Part shown: one piece after another, positions 26,121-39,385 of the stretch
Position numbering within the stretch: position 1 is the stretch's first letter
How the letters are laid out: every line of letters begins with the position of its first letter
Assembly: GCA_028534125.1 (NCBI GenBank)
Contig: CM052818.1
Coordinates: 29,018,001 to 29,082,000 of the forward strand
Source of the DNA: Lama glama
Lineage: Eukaryota
Reading direction: 5' to 3'
DNA: 64,000 nt
The notes under the pieces: model-generated
What the model saw: the letters and a program-made list of their open reading frames with translations, nothing else
What the model was told of the DNA's origin: nothing
Database searches by the model: none
Translations under genes and position numbers: made by a program

Positions 26121-27962
26121 TGAGTTAAAATATAATCAATTAATACTCAGTAAGCATAAATGGTCTGAGCTTCTGGATGTGTCTACATTTTGACAGGGAG
26201 GCATAAGAAATGAAAGGTCTTAAACCTTGAGGGGACGAGAGGGAGTGACCACCAAATTCAGGAGGTAGGGTATACTGGAGTAAGCAAGCAGAATGCTGGG
26301 GAAGGTGCAGAAAGATGAGACTGCAGGCTTAGAAGAATTTTTGCTCAAAAAACTCCTTATTCACTTCAAACTGTGAGAAGTCAACACAAGCTGTGAAACA
26401 GGGTTTTTTTATTGATTACTTAAATTTTTTATTCGTTGGTGTGTTTTGTTTTGTTTTTCCAATCAAGTAAAACCACATATAGCAACTTGGAGATTTATAA
26501 GTCATTTTTGTTTTGTATTTTCTCAAACATGATGATTTCCTTGTGAAAGGGCATGCTTCCCATGGGTTTTATTAATCGAAGTGCCACTATAATTGCATTT
26601 CTGTCATTCTGACTTCTCCCTGTTGTTGCTACTAAAAGCAGTAGTCATCCATCACTTAGCTCCTCTATCACTAAACACATATAACAGAGTGAGGTCTTCG
26701 TCAATGTGACTTCGGATCCTTCATCTGAATGAGCTATAAACCTAAGTATCTCTGCCTCTTGGCCAAGGTGAGCAAGTAAGCCCCACTTATCTGGTCACTT
26801 CCAAAAGCCAAGATCAGATCAGAGGCTAGGGTTCCAGAGAAAACACAAGTTTCTTATCCATCGGGAGTTCCTCCTGATTCTTGCACCAACTACAGCATTG
26901 TCACCCTGCCTCCTGTGCCATTCTTTGTCTGTGTGAAAGAGACACAGATCTCTCAGCCTCTGGTGCCATTTCTTCATTGGCGACACCAAAGTTGGGGCTT
27001 ACCTTCCTTTTTCAAGGAAAAAAAGATGATATATACTCTTGGCTCCTCATTCACTGAGACCCTCATACTTCCTCTCAACAGACAAGTAGACTGAGACAGC
27101 AGGCAGTGGGCAGAGGTTCTGAATCTTTCCACTATTCTTTTCTCGCCTCCAGATTTTAACCAGCGCTGTTGCTCTCGAAGGTCTGTGTCACAGCAAGCTC
27201 AGAAGCACTATCCCATAGTTTCCCAAAGTGAAAGTCCTGCATCATTAGGGAATAGCAACTTCACTGTATTTGGATACAAGAATAAACGCAGTTTATGGTT
27301 TATAAGTTTATCTTAACTTACATTAGCAAAAAAGAAAAGCAGAACACAAAATCTATGATTCCGTGAATATGATCATAGCTTAGAATCAGTCTAATTTTTT
27401 CTGATACTCTTAGCTTAATCCAAAGTTTATTTAATTTCTGTCATTCTGAAAACATCAATAATCATACAGGTGGTAAATATACATGAAAGGTTTTACCTGA
27501 ATGACATTCGGGAAGCACCACTACATCATACAATAAGAATGAGACTGAGACAGAATCTGAGATTGAGAGGGACTTTCACGACAGCCTCAAGAGAGTCCTT
27601 TCTCTAAACCTGCCCTGACAAATGGATTCTGCTCTGATTTCAATCTCTGTTGATGTGGGAGAAATTTCAAGGGAAGAGACTTTTCTATCACAGATAAGTT
27701 CTTATTGAAGGAAGACATGTAATGCTTTTCTTTCTTAGGAAAAAAAAATTAAAAAGCCAAACTGACCTAAAGCAGAAGCCGAGGTTGACAAATATCAGGT
27801 CTTGGGGAAACAGGCAAAAGATTTTATTTTGGAAGATGTAACTTCGGAGAGTAACAATCATCAAATTCAGAGGGTATTTGTTTCTAAATATGAACAAAAT
27901 CCTCACTTGATCTAGGAATGAGGCTTCCTAGCATCATGGGACAGATGAGGGCTCAAATCAAT

Positions 27963-28122
27963 ATTTTTCCAAACTTTTGTTCATGTTGATATTTTGACCT
28001 CTTCCCATGATATGGCATCTAGAAGGGTGAATCCTTTCCAGAGGTTTTCAACTGACTTTGCTCATATCCATCAGAGAAATCACTATTCATGATAGCTATA
28101 ACCTTATGAAATGTATTTCTTA
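27963..28122 (-). mobile_element. Tigger1 internal (transposase) fragment
   Basis: 'gttgatattttgacctcttcccatga...tggcatctagaagggtgaatcctttccagaggttttcaa...ccatcagagaaatcactat' matches recalled Tigger1. Confidence 0.8.
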
Positions 28123-30880
28123 CTAGTAAGGAGATCAAATCAGTAATCAAAAATCTCTCAGCAAACAAAAGAATTCACTAGTGAATTCGACCAAACATTT
28201 AAAGAAAAATGATTATCAACCCTTCTCACTCTCTTACAAAAACATACAAGAGGGAGGAAGACTTCCAAATCCATTTTACAAGGCCAGCATTATCCTGATA
28301 CCAGAACCAGAGAAAAAAAAACACAAAAAAAAATTACAGGGAAGTATCCCTGATGAACAAAGATGCAAAAATCCTCACAAGATATTAGCAAACCAAATTC
28401 AACAGTATATTAAAAGGATCATTCTCCCTGAGCAAGTGGAATTTATTCCAAAGATACAGGATGGTCCAACATCTGCAAATCAATCACTGTGATACACCAC
28501 ATTAACAAAATGAAGAATAAAAACTATATACTCATCTCAGTAGATGCAGAAAAGCCTGTGACAAAATTTAGCATCCTTTCATGATAAAAACTCTCAAACT
28601 GGGTTTAGAAGGAACATACCCCAACATAATAAAACCATATAAAACAAATCCACAGCTAACATCATACTCAACAGTGAAATTGCTGGATGAAACATTTTCC
28701 TCTAAGATAAGGAATATGACAAGGATGCCCACACCCACCATTCTTAATCAACATAGTCCTGGAATTCGTATCCAAAGTAATTAGGCAGGAAAAAGAAATA
28801 AGAAGCATTGAAATCAGAAAGAAAGAAGTAAAACTGTCTATTTGCAGATGATGTTACACATATAAAACGCTAAAGATTCCACCAAAAAAATTATTAGTCC
28901 TAATAAATTCCAAAAAGTTAAAGGATACAAATCAATGTAAGAAGTCAGTTATGTCTGTATAAGCTAAGCAACTATCAGAAAAAGAAGTTAAGAAAACAAT
29001 CCCATTCACAAGTCATCAGACAATGAAATGTTTAGGAATAAATGTAAACAAGGAGATAAAATATCTGTACATTTAAATCTATAAGGTATTGATGAAAGAA
29101 ACTGAAAAACACAAAAATAAATGGAAAAATATTTCATATTCATAGATCATATTACTAAAATGTCCTTACTACCCAGAGCCATCTGGAAGTTCAACGCAAT
29201 CCTACCAAAACTTCAGTGGCATTTTTCACAGAAATAGAAAAAAAAAAATACTAAAATACGAATGGAACCACAAAAAGCCCCAAACAGCCAAAGAAAGCTT
29301 TAGAAAGAATAACAAAGCTGGAGGCATCACATTTCTTTATTTCAGACTACATTACAGAGCAACAGTAATCAAAATAGTATGGTAATGGCATAAAAACAAA
29401 CATACAGATTAATAGTACACAACAGTAAGCCCAAAAGTAAACCTATGCATGTAAGTACAATTAATTTATGACAAAGAAGCCAACAATATACAATGGGTAA
29501 AACAAGTCTCTTCAATAAATTGTACAGGAGAACCTGGATAGCCACCTGCAAAAGACTAAAACTAGACCCATATCTTATACCATTCACAAAAATCAATTCA
29601 AAATGGTTAAAGACTTGAATATAAAGCTTGAAACCAAAACTCCCAGAAAAAAAAAATGGGGGTAAGTTCCTTGATGTCATCTTTGCCATGACTTCTTGGA
29701 TTTGACACCAAAAGCAAAGGCAACAAAAGAAAAAGTGACAGTAATAAAAAGTCAGACTATATCAAACTAAAAAGCTTTGCACAAGCAAATGAAACCATCA
29801 ACAAAATGAAAAGGTAACCTATGGAATAAGAGAAAATTTTTGCAAACCATGTACCTGATAAGAGGTAAATATACAAAACAAATAAAGAACACATACATCT
29901 CAATACTCAAAAAAATCTGATTAAAAAATGAACAAAAGAACTGAACAGATATCTTTCCAAAAGGTACATTAAAAGGTGCTCAACATTCACTGAATCATCA
30001 GGGAAATGCAAATCAAAGCCACAATGAGACACCACCTCACACCTTTTAGAATGGCTATCAAAAAGAGAAGGAATAAATTCTGGCAAAGTTGTGGATAAAA
30101 AGAAATTCTTGTGCACTATTGGTAGGAATGTAAATTAGTGCAGCTACTATAGAAAACAGTATGGAGATTCCTTTAAAAATTAAAAATAAAACTATTATAT
30201 GATCCAGCAATTCTACTTCTGGGTATATATCCAACAGAAATGAAAACAGGATCTCAACAAGTTATCTGCATTACCATGCTGACTGCAGCATTATTCACAA
30301 TAGCCAAGATATGGAAACAATCCTTACTGTCCATCTATGGATGAATGTATAAAGAAGATATGATATTTGTATACAGGAATATTATTCAGCCATGAGAAAG
30401 AAGGAAATTCTGCTATTTGCAACCATGTGAATGAAACTTAGGAAACTTATGCTAAGTAAAGCATCACACAGTGGACAACAAACACCTTATGATATCATAT
30501 ATATGGACTATTAAAAAGCTGAACTCCTAGAAACAAAGAGTAGAATGCTGGTTGCCAGGGGTAAGGGGATAGGGGAAATGGGAAGATATTGTTCAAAGGC
30601 ACAAACTTCTAGTTGTAAGATGAACAACTTCTGAGGAATTTAATGCACAGCATGGTGATTATAAGTAACAATACTGTATTATATACTTGAAATTTGCTAA
30701 CACAATAAATCTTAAGTGTTCTCAACACAAAAAAAGAAATGGTAATTACGTGAGGTGATAGAGATGTTAACTCATCCTACTAGTAATCATCTCACAATCT
30801 GGAAGTATATCAAATCAGTATGTAGAACTTAAACATATGTCATTGTCAATTAAATCTCAATAAAGCTAGCAAAATAAAAA
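28123..30880 (+). mobile_element. 5'-truncated L1 (L1MA9-like): decayed RT and C-terminal ORF2 + 3' UTR
   Basis: LPNPFYKASIILIPEP, KILANQIQQYIKRII in the ORF track; many frameshifts; ends 'tgtcaattaaatctcaataaagctagcaaaataaaaa'. Confidence 0.95.
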
Positions 30881-30924
30881 GAATAAGAAGGACAAGAATA
30901 GAGAATTGGGTTGAGGCTCCAGAG

Positions 30925-31132
30925 CAGTGCTATTAAGAACTTTTGCAACAATGAAAGAAATTTCTATATCTGCACTGTCCAATGTGGTAGACACTAGACA
31001 CATAATACTGTGGTTATTAAACATTTGAAATGTGACTAGTGTGACTAAGGATCTGAATTTTTAAATTTATTTCAATTAATTAAAATTAAACAGCCAGATG
31101 TAGCCAGTGACCATAGTTTGAACAACACTATG
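30925..31132 (+). mobile_element. MER3 (hAT-Charlie MITE), full length
   Basis: 'tctatatctgcactgtccaatgtggtagacactagacaca...ttgaaatgtgactagtgtgactaaggatctgaattttt'; 8-bp TSD ctccagag (30917-30924) / ctctagag (31133-31140). Confidence 0.88.
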
Positions 31133-31715
31133 CTCTAGAGTGTACACAGAGAAGGCCTCATAAGAACGTCTCCTAAATTCAAGCAGAGGGCAGGGAGAGG
31201 GGTACTAGCCCCAGGACACTCACCAGCCACTATGAACAGAAGAAAGCCAAACCCAGGGCACAGTAAAGCCATGGCATAAAGAACTGTAGAAGTATGAGTT
31301 TCATCCTTGGCTTCTGGATCTCCAGGGCATGCAGCAAAGGCCGAGAAAGCACAGACATTGAAGGCTCACAGGGAGGCACTCTAGTTCTTTTGCCATGGTT
31401 TACACCTACATGCCAGGGTTCTTCAGACTTAATGAGACAGAGCCATGAACCTGCAGCCTGCCTGAAGACTGCTTTCCCCAGCCACCACACCTTGCCCTCT
31501 CAGAGCCAATAACCCCAACCCCATATGTGTCTCACACTCCTTCCTTAGTCATCTCAAAGCCCATGTGCTTCACCTTCCAGGAACCTCATAATCAGAAATT
31601 CCTTTCCTGGGTATCCTTAATGCCTGTGCCCTTGGCTGACTTCAGGCTGAGATCTCTGAATGTGATGCTCTGAATGAAATGCAACCCAAATTTCCCACCA
31701 TAAATATTCTACCAT

Positions 31716-31746
31716 CTCCTCCTCCTCCTCCTCCTCCTCCTCCTCC
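31716..31746. repeat. (CCT)n microsatellite, about 10 units
   Basis: Direct reading. Confidence 0.95.
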
Positions 31747-33199
31747 ACTTAAGTGCCTCAGTCAGCCTCCTAAAGTCAAAGGGTTCCAAAGGACAGAGCT
31801 GGTCTCTGCCATTCATTCATCCAAGAAACATCTGTATTCAATTTATATTACATAATTCAATTATAATTATATTCTATATTCTATTATGAACACTGGGAGA
31901 GAGAATATGGTAAAATGACCCCCAGGCAAATGATCCCAAGTCACTGTGGTAAGGACAGACTATGCTAGTTGAAAATAGAGAAGGTTAAGAAGCCCCAAAG
32001 AAAGCAGATCATAAATTCTGAGAGGATGGGTGAGGGATAGGTTACTTCATAAAGAAGGAAACAGAGGAGAAGGGCCTTAAAAATACTCTCTCTTGACATC
32101 ACAGACAAAGACCAACCATCTACCCTTTACTTTGGACACCTCCCCAAGCCCCTACAAAGGATGGAGACTGCCTGAGGACAAGGCCAACCTGCCTATTCAT
32201 ACCTGTAAGGAAGTTAATGAAGACTGACACAAAATTGTGCTTCTAGGTCCTCAGAAAGAGCTGCATGCAAAGGACACTGTTATAAAAGTGGTGAGAAAAG
32301 ATAAGATGACTGCAGAGAGCAGGAAAATCCAGCCAGGGATGACATAAACTGCAGAGGAGTTAGAGCTAGGGCTGGAGCTGGGGTCCCTAAGCAGAGTCCT
32401 GCAGAGTCTGGGCAGGGATGGCCCCAGGAGCTTCCACCACCCAGATTTCTCAAAGCATGGCCTTGGAGTAAAGCTTCTAACTCTGCCATTTTGCCCCTAA
32501 GACTGCTCTGGCCTTATCATTTTGTTCCCCATGACACAAAAGTAATACAAAAAAGAAAAAATATGTGGACAATTTCAGACACTGAAATCATAAATCAATT
32601 CTTACCAAATATTACTATGTGAATCTGGTTATATCAAACCATGTGAGTAAACAATGCGTCATCCATTTGCAAAAAAAATGGTGGTTTTAATAAAACTGGA
32701 AACAAATTTTAATGAAAAAAAAAGAAATGGAAAAACAGGAAATAAGAAAAATGAAACTGGAAAAAAACAAAGAATAAGTAAATGCAGAGTGGTAGGTCAT
32801 CCTTACAAGTAAGCTCTACACTCAGACCATGAGAAATGGTTGACCTGGGTATATAAAGCAGGAAACTGGGATTTAGGATGCAAAAAAGATAACAACTTGA
32901 AAAGGAGCTAATAAACCCAAGGCATTAAGAGGCTTGAGTAAAAATGATGAGAGAACAGTCACTTATCCACATAAACACATATCCCAAAAGTCAAAAATTT
33001 AAATGGGTCAAAAACCTGCTGATTAGTCATTCATTGAGGACCTCATGAATTCTGGAAGGGCAGAAATCAGAACAGCAGACTACTAGCAACAAGGAGACTT
33101 TAGAAATGTAGGTGACATTCATCTCAAATAGTTTTCTAAACTTGTCCCAAGGGAATAGTTGTTTCACTGTTTATATTTTGTTTTAAAGTAACAACTTGA

Positions 33200-35900
33200 T
33201 AATTTTTGCTAAAATGTGATAGAATGAATGCATATTTATTTAGTTCCCTTCCCAGAAACCACTGAAATGGCTAACAACCGAAATAGAGCCAGAAAAATGT
33301 CATCCATGATGTAACTAGGGGATGGTGAAAACACCGTAACAGAGACCATAATGAATGTCTGTGTAGGAAAACTCACACCAAGTCAAAGAAGGATGCATAG
33401 AAACCAACCACGTGGGCTTGATCCACACCTCTTAAGAAAAAGGCAGATTCTCTTCAAAAAAGAAGAGAGTCCTTACATGTCCTACCCCAAATCCTGTGCC
33501 TTTAAAAATGGGGACAGGAGTTGTGAGTAATCAATAGGAAAAAACTGCATGCACTATTTTAACAAATAGTTACTGAGCAACATCTATGTGCTGGAGTGGT
33601 GGGGCTATTTTATTCTTACTTTTTCTTGATCCAACTATCTATATATGAAAAAATCTAGAGGTGAGGAGGAACAATAAACAGAAGCCAAAATTTCTGCTTG
33701 GCTGAATTAAATGGCCTCTACACCAGCAAACAAAAGGTCTTCACAATGAGTCCCACGGATCCCCACGCACCCAGTCTCGTACAGAGTGAACCACTGACCT
33801 GAAGTACGGAGTCAGCAGAAGCCGAGGCAAAATGGGCTCTAGGACAGAGGATTCATCATATGTAATGTCAAAGAATATAAAGACAATACACTGGAAATTA
33901 AGACTTCCTATTAATCCCTCCATCCCTCAAACGAAGGACTAAACAGAGTTGAACCCTCCTCTTCAAAGTCCAGTGTCATAATTTTTAAGTTTCCAAATAA
34001 AGTGGGAGAAGAATGATTTAGAAGGAAGGACAATCTCAGTCTCCACTTCTTGAGTAAATAACGGGCCAAAGAGCATTGCCCCATTCAAAGGAGATGAGTA
34101 AGGTACTTTCAAACATGGCATCTGTGCAGAGTTCACACCAAAGCAAAACCAAAAACAGGAGGGGGAAAAAAGAGTAAGAAAAAGAAGAAAAAATACGAAT
34201 AAGCAAAAGGAAGATAAAGAATAAACACTGGAAGGACAGTTATTCCAAGTAACACTTCCTATAGAACAAAAAACTTTTCTAGGTAAGATTTTCTCAAGGT
34301 CTTAAAAAAGTCAAAGAGTACATACTTCACAAAAATGGACATCAAGGAAGAGATTTATGAGATCAATGATGAGACACACAATATAAGAAAATAAAAAGGG
34401 AAAATAAGATTAATAAAAACATCACATAATGAAAACCACTTTAGTGGCAGTAGGAAGTTAAACATTTGTAAAAACAGTGAAGTGGAGGACTGGCTTGAGA
34501 ATGAGCACAGAACACAAAGGAAAAGCATAAAAGTTATTAGAGATAAAACGATGGTATGAAATAAAGATAATGGACATCCAGTATACAAACTGTAGTCCTG
34601 AAGAAAAAAGCAGAGTAAGCAGAATGGAAAAATACTGAGTGATAAGAGAAAACCATTTTCTAAAATAGAAGATAGGAACCTTCAGATTAAAAGGATTTAC
34701 ACACATAAGTAAAAATTATTAGCAAGTCATTGAAACAGAAACATGGTGAAGTTATTGCATTTCTAAGTAAAAAACTCTATAAGTAATTAGGCAGAACAGA
34801 GAATCTGCAAAAGAAAAAAGAAATCAAGCTAAACTCACACTTTGCAACAACATTAAATACCAGAAGACAAAGGAATAATACATATAGACTGAGGGAAAAC
34901 GTATGCCATTATCTTTGTTTACTTTATCATTCAGCTTTTCTAGTTTATCAATCTTTATAAAGTTTTCATGGGTTCTTAAGAAACAAAAAAAGTACTCTCT
35001 CAGGGGACCCATGGAATATTTTTAATGAGAATATAGTTATGTACTAAAGAAAATCTCAATACGACTTTTAATAGAAATGGCACAAAACAAATTTTCTGAC
35101 CAAAATACAATAAAACTAGAAATCCATAACAGAGGTATGAACTAGAATTCCAGATACTTAAAGCTTTTTAGGATAAATTCATCTATACAACTCTTGGGTC
35201 AAAGAATGAATCAAAATGCAATGGCAAAGAAATCAGAAACAAGCATAAAGGCAACACTTACCAAAACCTAAGGGGGAAATTAACACTGTACCGCAAAGAA
35301 GATCTACATCTTGAACCACATTACCAAATAAAATTTAACCATTGAATCAGAAAACAAAATATACATAAAGCAAGCATGAAAATAAACTTAAAATGAAGAG
35401 ATACACTCAACAACATAAACAAATTTTGAAAACAGTATGTTGAGCAAAAGAAGCTTTTTACTCAAAAAAAGACCCTCACTGTAATACCCACTTATCAGAA
35501 GTTCAAAAATAGTCCATTTCAATTTATGGTGATAGAAACCAGGACAATAATTATCTCTTGGCAAGTGGTGGTGTGGTATTCATAAGCAAGAGGCACAAAA
35601 GAACTTTCTGGGGTGATGAAAGTTCTATAACTTGGCCTGTGGGGTAAGTAACATGGGTGTATACAAGGGTAAAATTCATTAGATTTAAGATGTATGCATA
35701 TCAGAAGGTAAATAATACTGTAACTTAAGAAAAAAGTTTTAATAAAATAGTAATTAGTAAATTAGAAAACAAAAAAGTAGAATTGACAAAATAGCCCATA
35801 TGTATTAGTATACTTACCACAGTAAGTTTAAAGGAGATAAATCACAAAATTTTGTTAGATACTAAAAGATATTTTATAAGATGCATATCTCATTATCAAT
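33200..35900 (+). mobile_element. Mosaic of old L1/HAL1 pieces (5' UTR/ORF1-like, ORF2 fragment, 3' end at 35380-35740)
   Basis: 'aaatcaagctaaactcacactttgcaacaacattaaataccagaagacaaagga' (ORF1-like), 'ttctgaccaaaatacaataaaactagaaatc' (ORF2), 'gaactttctggggtgatgaaagttctata' (3' UTR). Confidence 0.65.
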
Positions 35901-35929
35901 ATTAGTGAATAATAAGCCAATTAGAGATA

Positions 35930-36960
35930 TGGTGAGGATAAAATTTTTATTACTGTGTTCCAAAAAGAATGAAAGAGGAAAAAGTTGAGACAACAAGCAT
36001 GAACAATCTTTGGAAGAGTTTTATTACAAAGAGAAAGGAAGAAATAGGTTACTGTTATAAGAGGGTGTGGGGTTAAGGAAGGATTTATTTGTTTGCTTGG
36101 GGTATATTCTAATATGTATGGTGATTCTGTTAAAAGGAAAAAAATACTCCTATTGCTGGAGAGAGAGGAAACAATTTGAGGAGCAATATCTGTGAGAGGC
36201 AACAGGGTAGTTGGCCTTAGGAAAGCAAGAACAGTTCTTCCTCTGTAAAATGAAGGGCAGAGCATAAACGTATAGCTGTAGATAGGCTGGAAGATTTGAT
36301 GACGCAAAGAGGAAGGACATCTATGTTCATTATTTGCTCAGTGAAGCAAAAATCAAAATTATCAGTGAAAGTAAGAAATGATGAAGGATGTTAAAGGTTT
36401 GAAGAAGGTAGTTAAGATGAAAAATTAGTCTCTGGGGAGCATGGAATAGTAACAAAGAGAAGAGGGAAATAATTAGGATTGCTAGACCATGTTCAATCAG
36501 TTCACTTGGGATTTATGGTCATAAATTCAAAGGCCAATCACATGGTTAGATACTTTGTCTCAGGTGTATTCAGCCCAGGGGGCAGACATGCAGAATGGGT
36601 GGAGTGGGTTCAAGCAGGGTTGGGTCTTTTCTAAGTTGAGTACAATAGAGGAAGAAAGAAGCCCAGAAGTCAAGGGTACATGCAAAAAGTGACTGACGTG
36701 ACATATACAGGATTCTAAGCTGGGTAAGAGGGAGAGAAGACAAGGTGAAGGCAACAAATAGTGGAAAAAGTGTGCAGTCAATAGAGAAAATGTCCTAATG
36801 TAGTTGCAAATAGTTAGAGGTGAAATATGACAATAAAACAGAAAAGATAGAAGGCAGATGGTCAGATGGAAATGGAAATGGAAATTTTGAAGGTAACAGT
36901 AAAGGAGTGAAGAAAAAGACCATTAGAAGTAAGGCAGATAAGATACTAGGAGGCCAAGAT
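35930..36960 (-). mobile_element. L2 internal fragment
   Basis: 'ttgagacaacaagcatgaacaatctttggaagagttttattacaaagagaaagg' and purine-rich flanks resemble antisense L2 ORF2. Confidence 0.6.
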
Positions 36961-36962
36961 GA

Positions 36963-37266
36963 TGGCTTCCCATTTCACTCAGTGCAAAATGCAAGGTCCT
37001 AACAATGATCTACAAGGCCTCAAAGTCTGCACTCTGATCTTGTCTCCTACTACTCTTCCTTCTATCACTCTACAAACCACACTGACCTCCGTGCTCTTCC
37101 TTAAACTTGCTAGGGACACTCACATATCATGGTCCTTTACACTTGCTATCTCTGCCCAGAATGAGTTTCCCATGTCACCACTTTATCTAAAATTTCCCCA
37201 CTACATCCCAACCCTTCCTATCCCCTTTCCCCACTTATTTTACTCCACTGCACTTATAACAATCTA

Positions 37267-37297
<31 letters not shown>

Positions 37298-37470
37298 CAC
37301 ACACACAAATAAAATTTAGTTTTCTTGCTTACTCCCTTATCTCCCCTAGTAACCCATAATCTCCATGAGGGTAGTAATTATGTCTCTTTCATTGACTGCT
37401 ATATCTCCAGGACCTAGAACAACGCTTAGTATATAGTCAGTGATGAACAAATATATGTTGAGTGACTGAG
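36963..37470 (+). mobile_element. L2 (L2a-like) 3' end containing an (AC)n/(AT)n microsatellite at 37267-37307
   Basis: 'tggcttcccatttcactcagtgcaaaatgcaaggtcct', 'ctccatgagggtag', 'tatctccaggacctagaacaacgcttagtatatagt', 'atatgttgagtgactga'. Confidence 0.85.
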
Positions 37471-38053
37471 AGAGAAAAAGAGAAAGATAAGTAAGGGAAA
37501 GGATGAAGAAATATATAAAGTTCTAAAAGCTATGCTAAAACTGAGGAAGATACCAATTAATTCCAGAATAATATTGTATGTTTTTATGTAAAAGTTTAGC
37601 ATCTATCAAACTATCCTATTTTTGAAAAAAAAGTGTTCACTAAAAGTGAAGAAACTTCTAGATGACATACAAAACCACTCTGGGAATGTTTAATTTTAGC
37701 TATTCCACTCTCAGTCCTCATCTAACCCTCTGAGCCATTCCTTAAAAATACTTCTCCCAAGAGTCTTGTATAGTTCTAAATAAAACACACAAGTTCCAAT
37801 GAGAACTAGAGCTGCAAGTAAACTCTAAACTTAGAATTTAAAGTGCTTTTTTTTCAGTTGCTAAAGTTTACATCCAAGTCATCTTTAAAACTTCAAGGTT
37901 TATCTAAGCCATCAGTCTAATATGAGGAGATGGCCCTGGAATGTTCAAACATAGCTATACAAGATTAGATAACTCAATGAATTTATTCTAAAACTCAGGG
38001 CTATTCCTAAGGAAGACAAAAATGGAGCAGATTCCTAAATGGAAAATATGCAA

Positions 38054-38311
38054 AAAAGAGGGTAGAAAGGGATACATTGGGAGATCGAGAATTGCAGACA
38101 CTAATTACTATATATAAAATAGATAAACAAGTTTATGCTGTATAGCACAGGGAACTGTATTCAATATCTTGTAGTAATGTATAATGAAAAAGAATGTGAA
38201 AATGAATATATGTAGGTATATGTATGACTGAAACTTTATGCTGTAAACCAGAAATTGATACAATATTGTAAACTGACTTTACTTCAACAGAGAGAGACAG
38301 AGAGAGAGAAA
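38054..38311 (+). mobile_element. Short young L1 3'-end insertion with (GA)n tail
   Basis: Same 3' UTR as 54770-54990; perfect 12-bp TSD gaaaatatgcaa at 38042-38053 and 38312-38323. Confidence 0.88.
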
Positions 38312-38869
38312 GAAAATATGCAAGAGAGAAAAAGAAAGAAAAGAAAGATGGATGGATGGATGGATGAATGTAAGAAGAGACTAGGGGTTCAAAAATGAAG
38401 TCCTATGCCATTTATTTTCTGGTGTTCTCATAACTGCATTTATATTAAAGATTTGATCCAAATATTTAAGAGCAAAAAGTAGAAGCAATCTAACTCTCCC
38501 TCAGTGGAAGAATAACCAGTGGGCCTTTCATGCAATGGAATAATATGCACTAGCTAAAAATGGAAGAACTGTAAGCTCAAACACAATTTCCCTCTTCCCA
38601 TTCTTTTCTTCTTCCCTTCTCACCCTTTCTCATCTTTCATCCTTACCCTTCTCGAGTTTTTTCCCTCCCCGTCCCTCCTTTCTCTTTTCTTCCCTTCTTC
38701 CAGATCACTTACCTTCTATTCTCTTTTTAAATAATTCAGTCTAGAAGTCATTAGGAGACTCCAAGCAAGGTGCCCATTCACACTTCCTGCTGGTGATAGA
38801 AGTTCACAGCTGCCAAGCGCAGAGTATCAGAGCCAAGCAGGGTCAAGAGAGTTTCAGCCCAGTAGATTC

Positions 38870-39385
38870 CTATTTATCTTCAAATTCCAATCCACAAGTC
38901 ACCTCCTCCAGCAAGCCTTCCTTCATGATCCAAACCCAGGTGGAATTAATTTTCCCTCCTCTGGGCTTCCAGAAAATTTTGCCCATGCCCTTAATAGTGT
39001 ACTCTTATTATGGTTGGTGTTCAAACTGGTTCTTTCTTTTGCTAAATGGTGAATTATTTGGTAACGGTGACCAAATGTAATCTGTTTATTTAATCATCTT
39101 CAGATCCTATGACGCCTTCAGTTTGTAAAATGGAGTTAAATAAGTGAAGAGCAGTGGCAAGGGAAGTATAGGCTTTTGATCTAAATCAAGAATTCAAATA
39201 CAACTAACATCTATAACCACACTCAACGACACTGAACCTCAATTTTCTCATTTATAAAACCCTAAAATACTGATGGGAGAAGAAAATACTAGCTAACTCT
39301 AGGTTGTTGAGACACATAAAAACACATATAATTACTTAGCACAATACTGGTAGTACTGGGGTTAGTGACATAATAAACACAACGT
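38870..39385 (+). mobile_element. L2 3' fragment (about 38870-39140) followed by MIR (about 39150-39385)
   Basis: 'caagtcacctcctccagcaagccttcc'; 'ctgaacctcaattttctcatttataaaa'. Confidence 0.55.
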
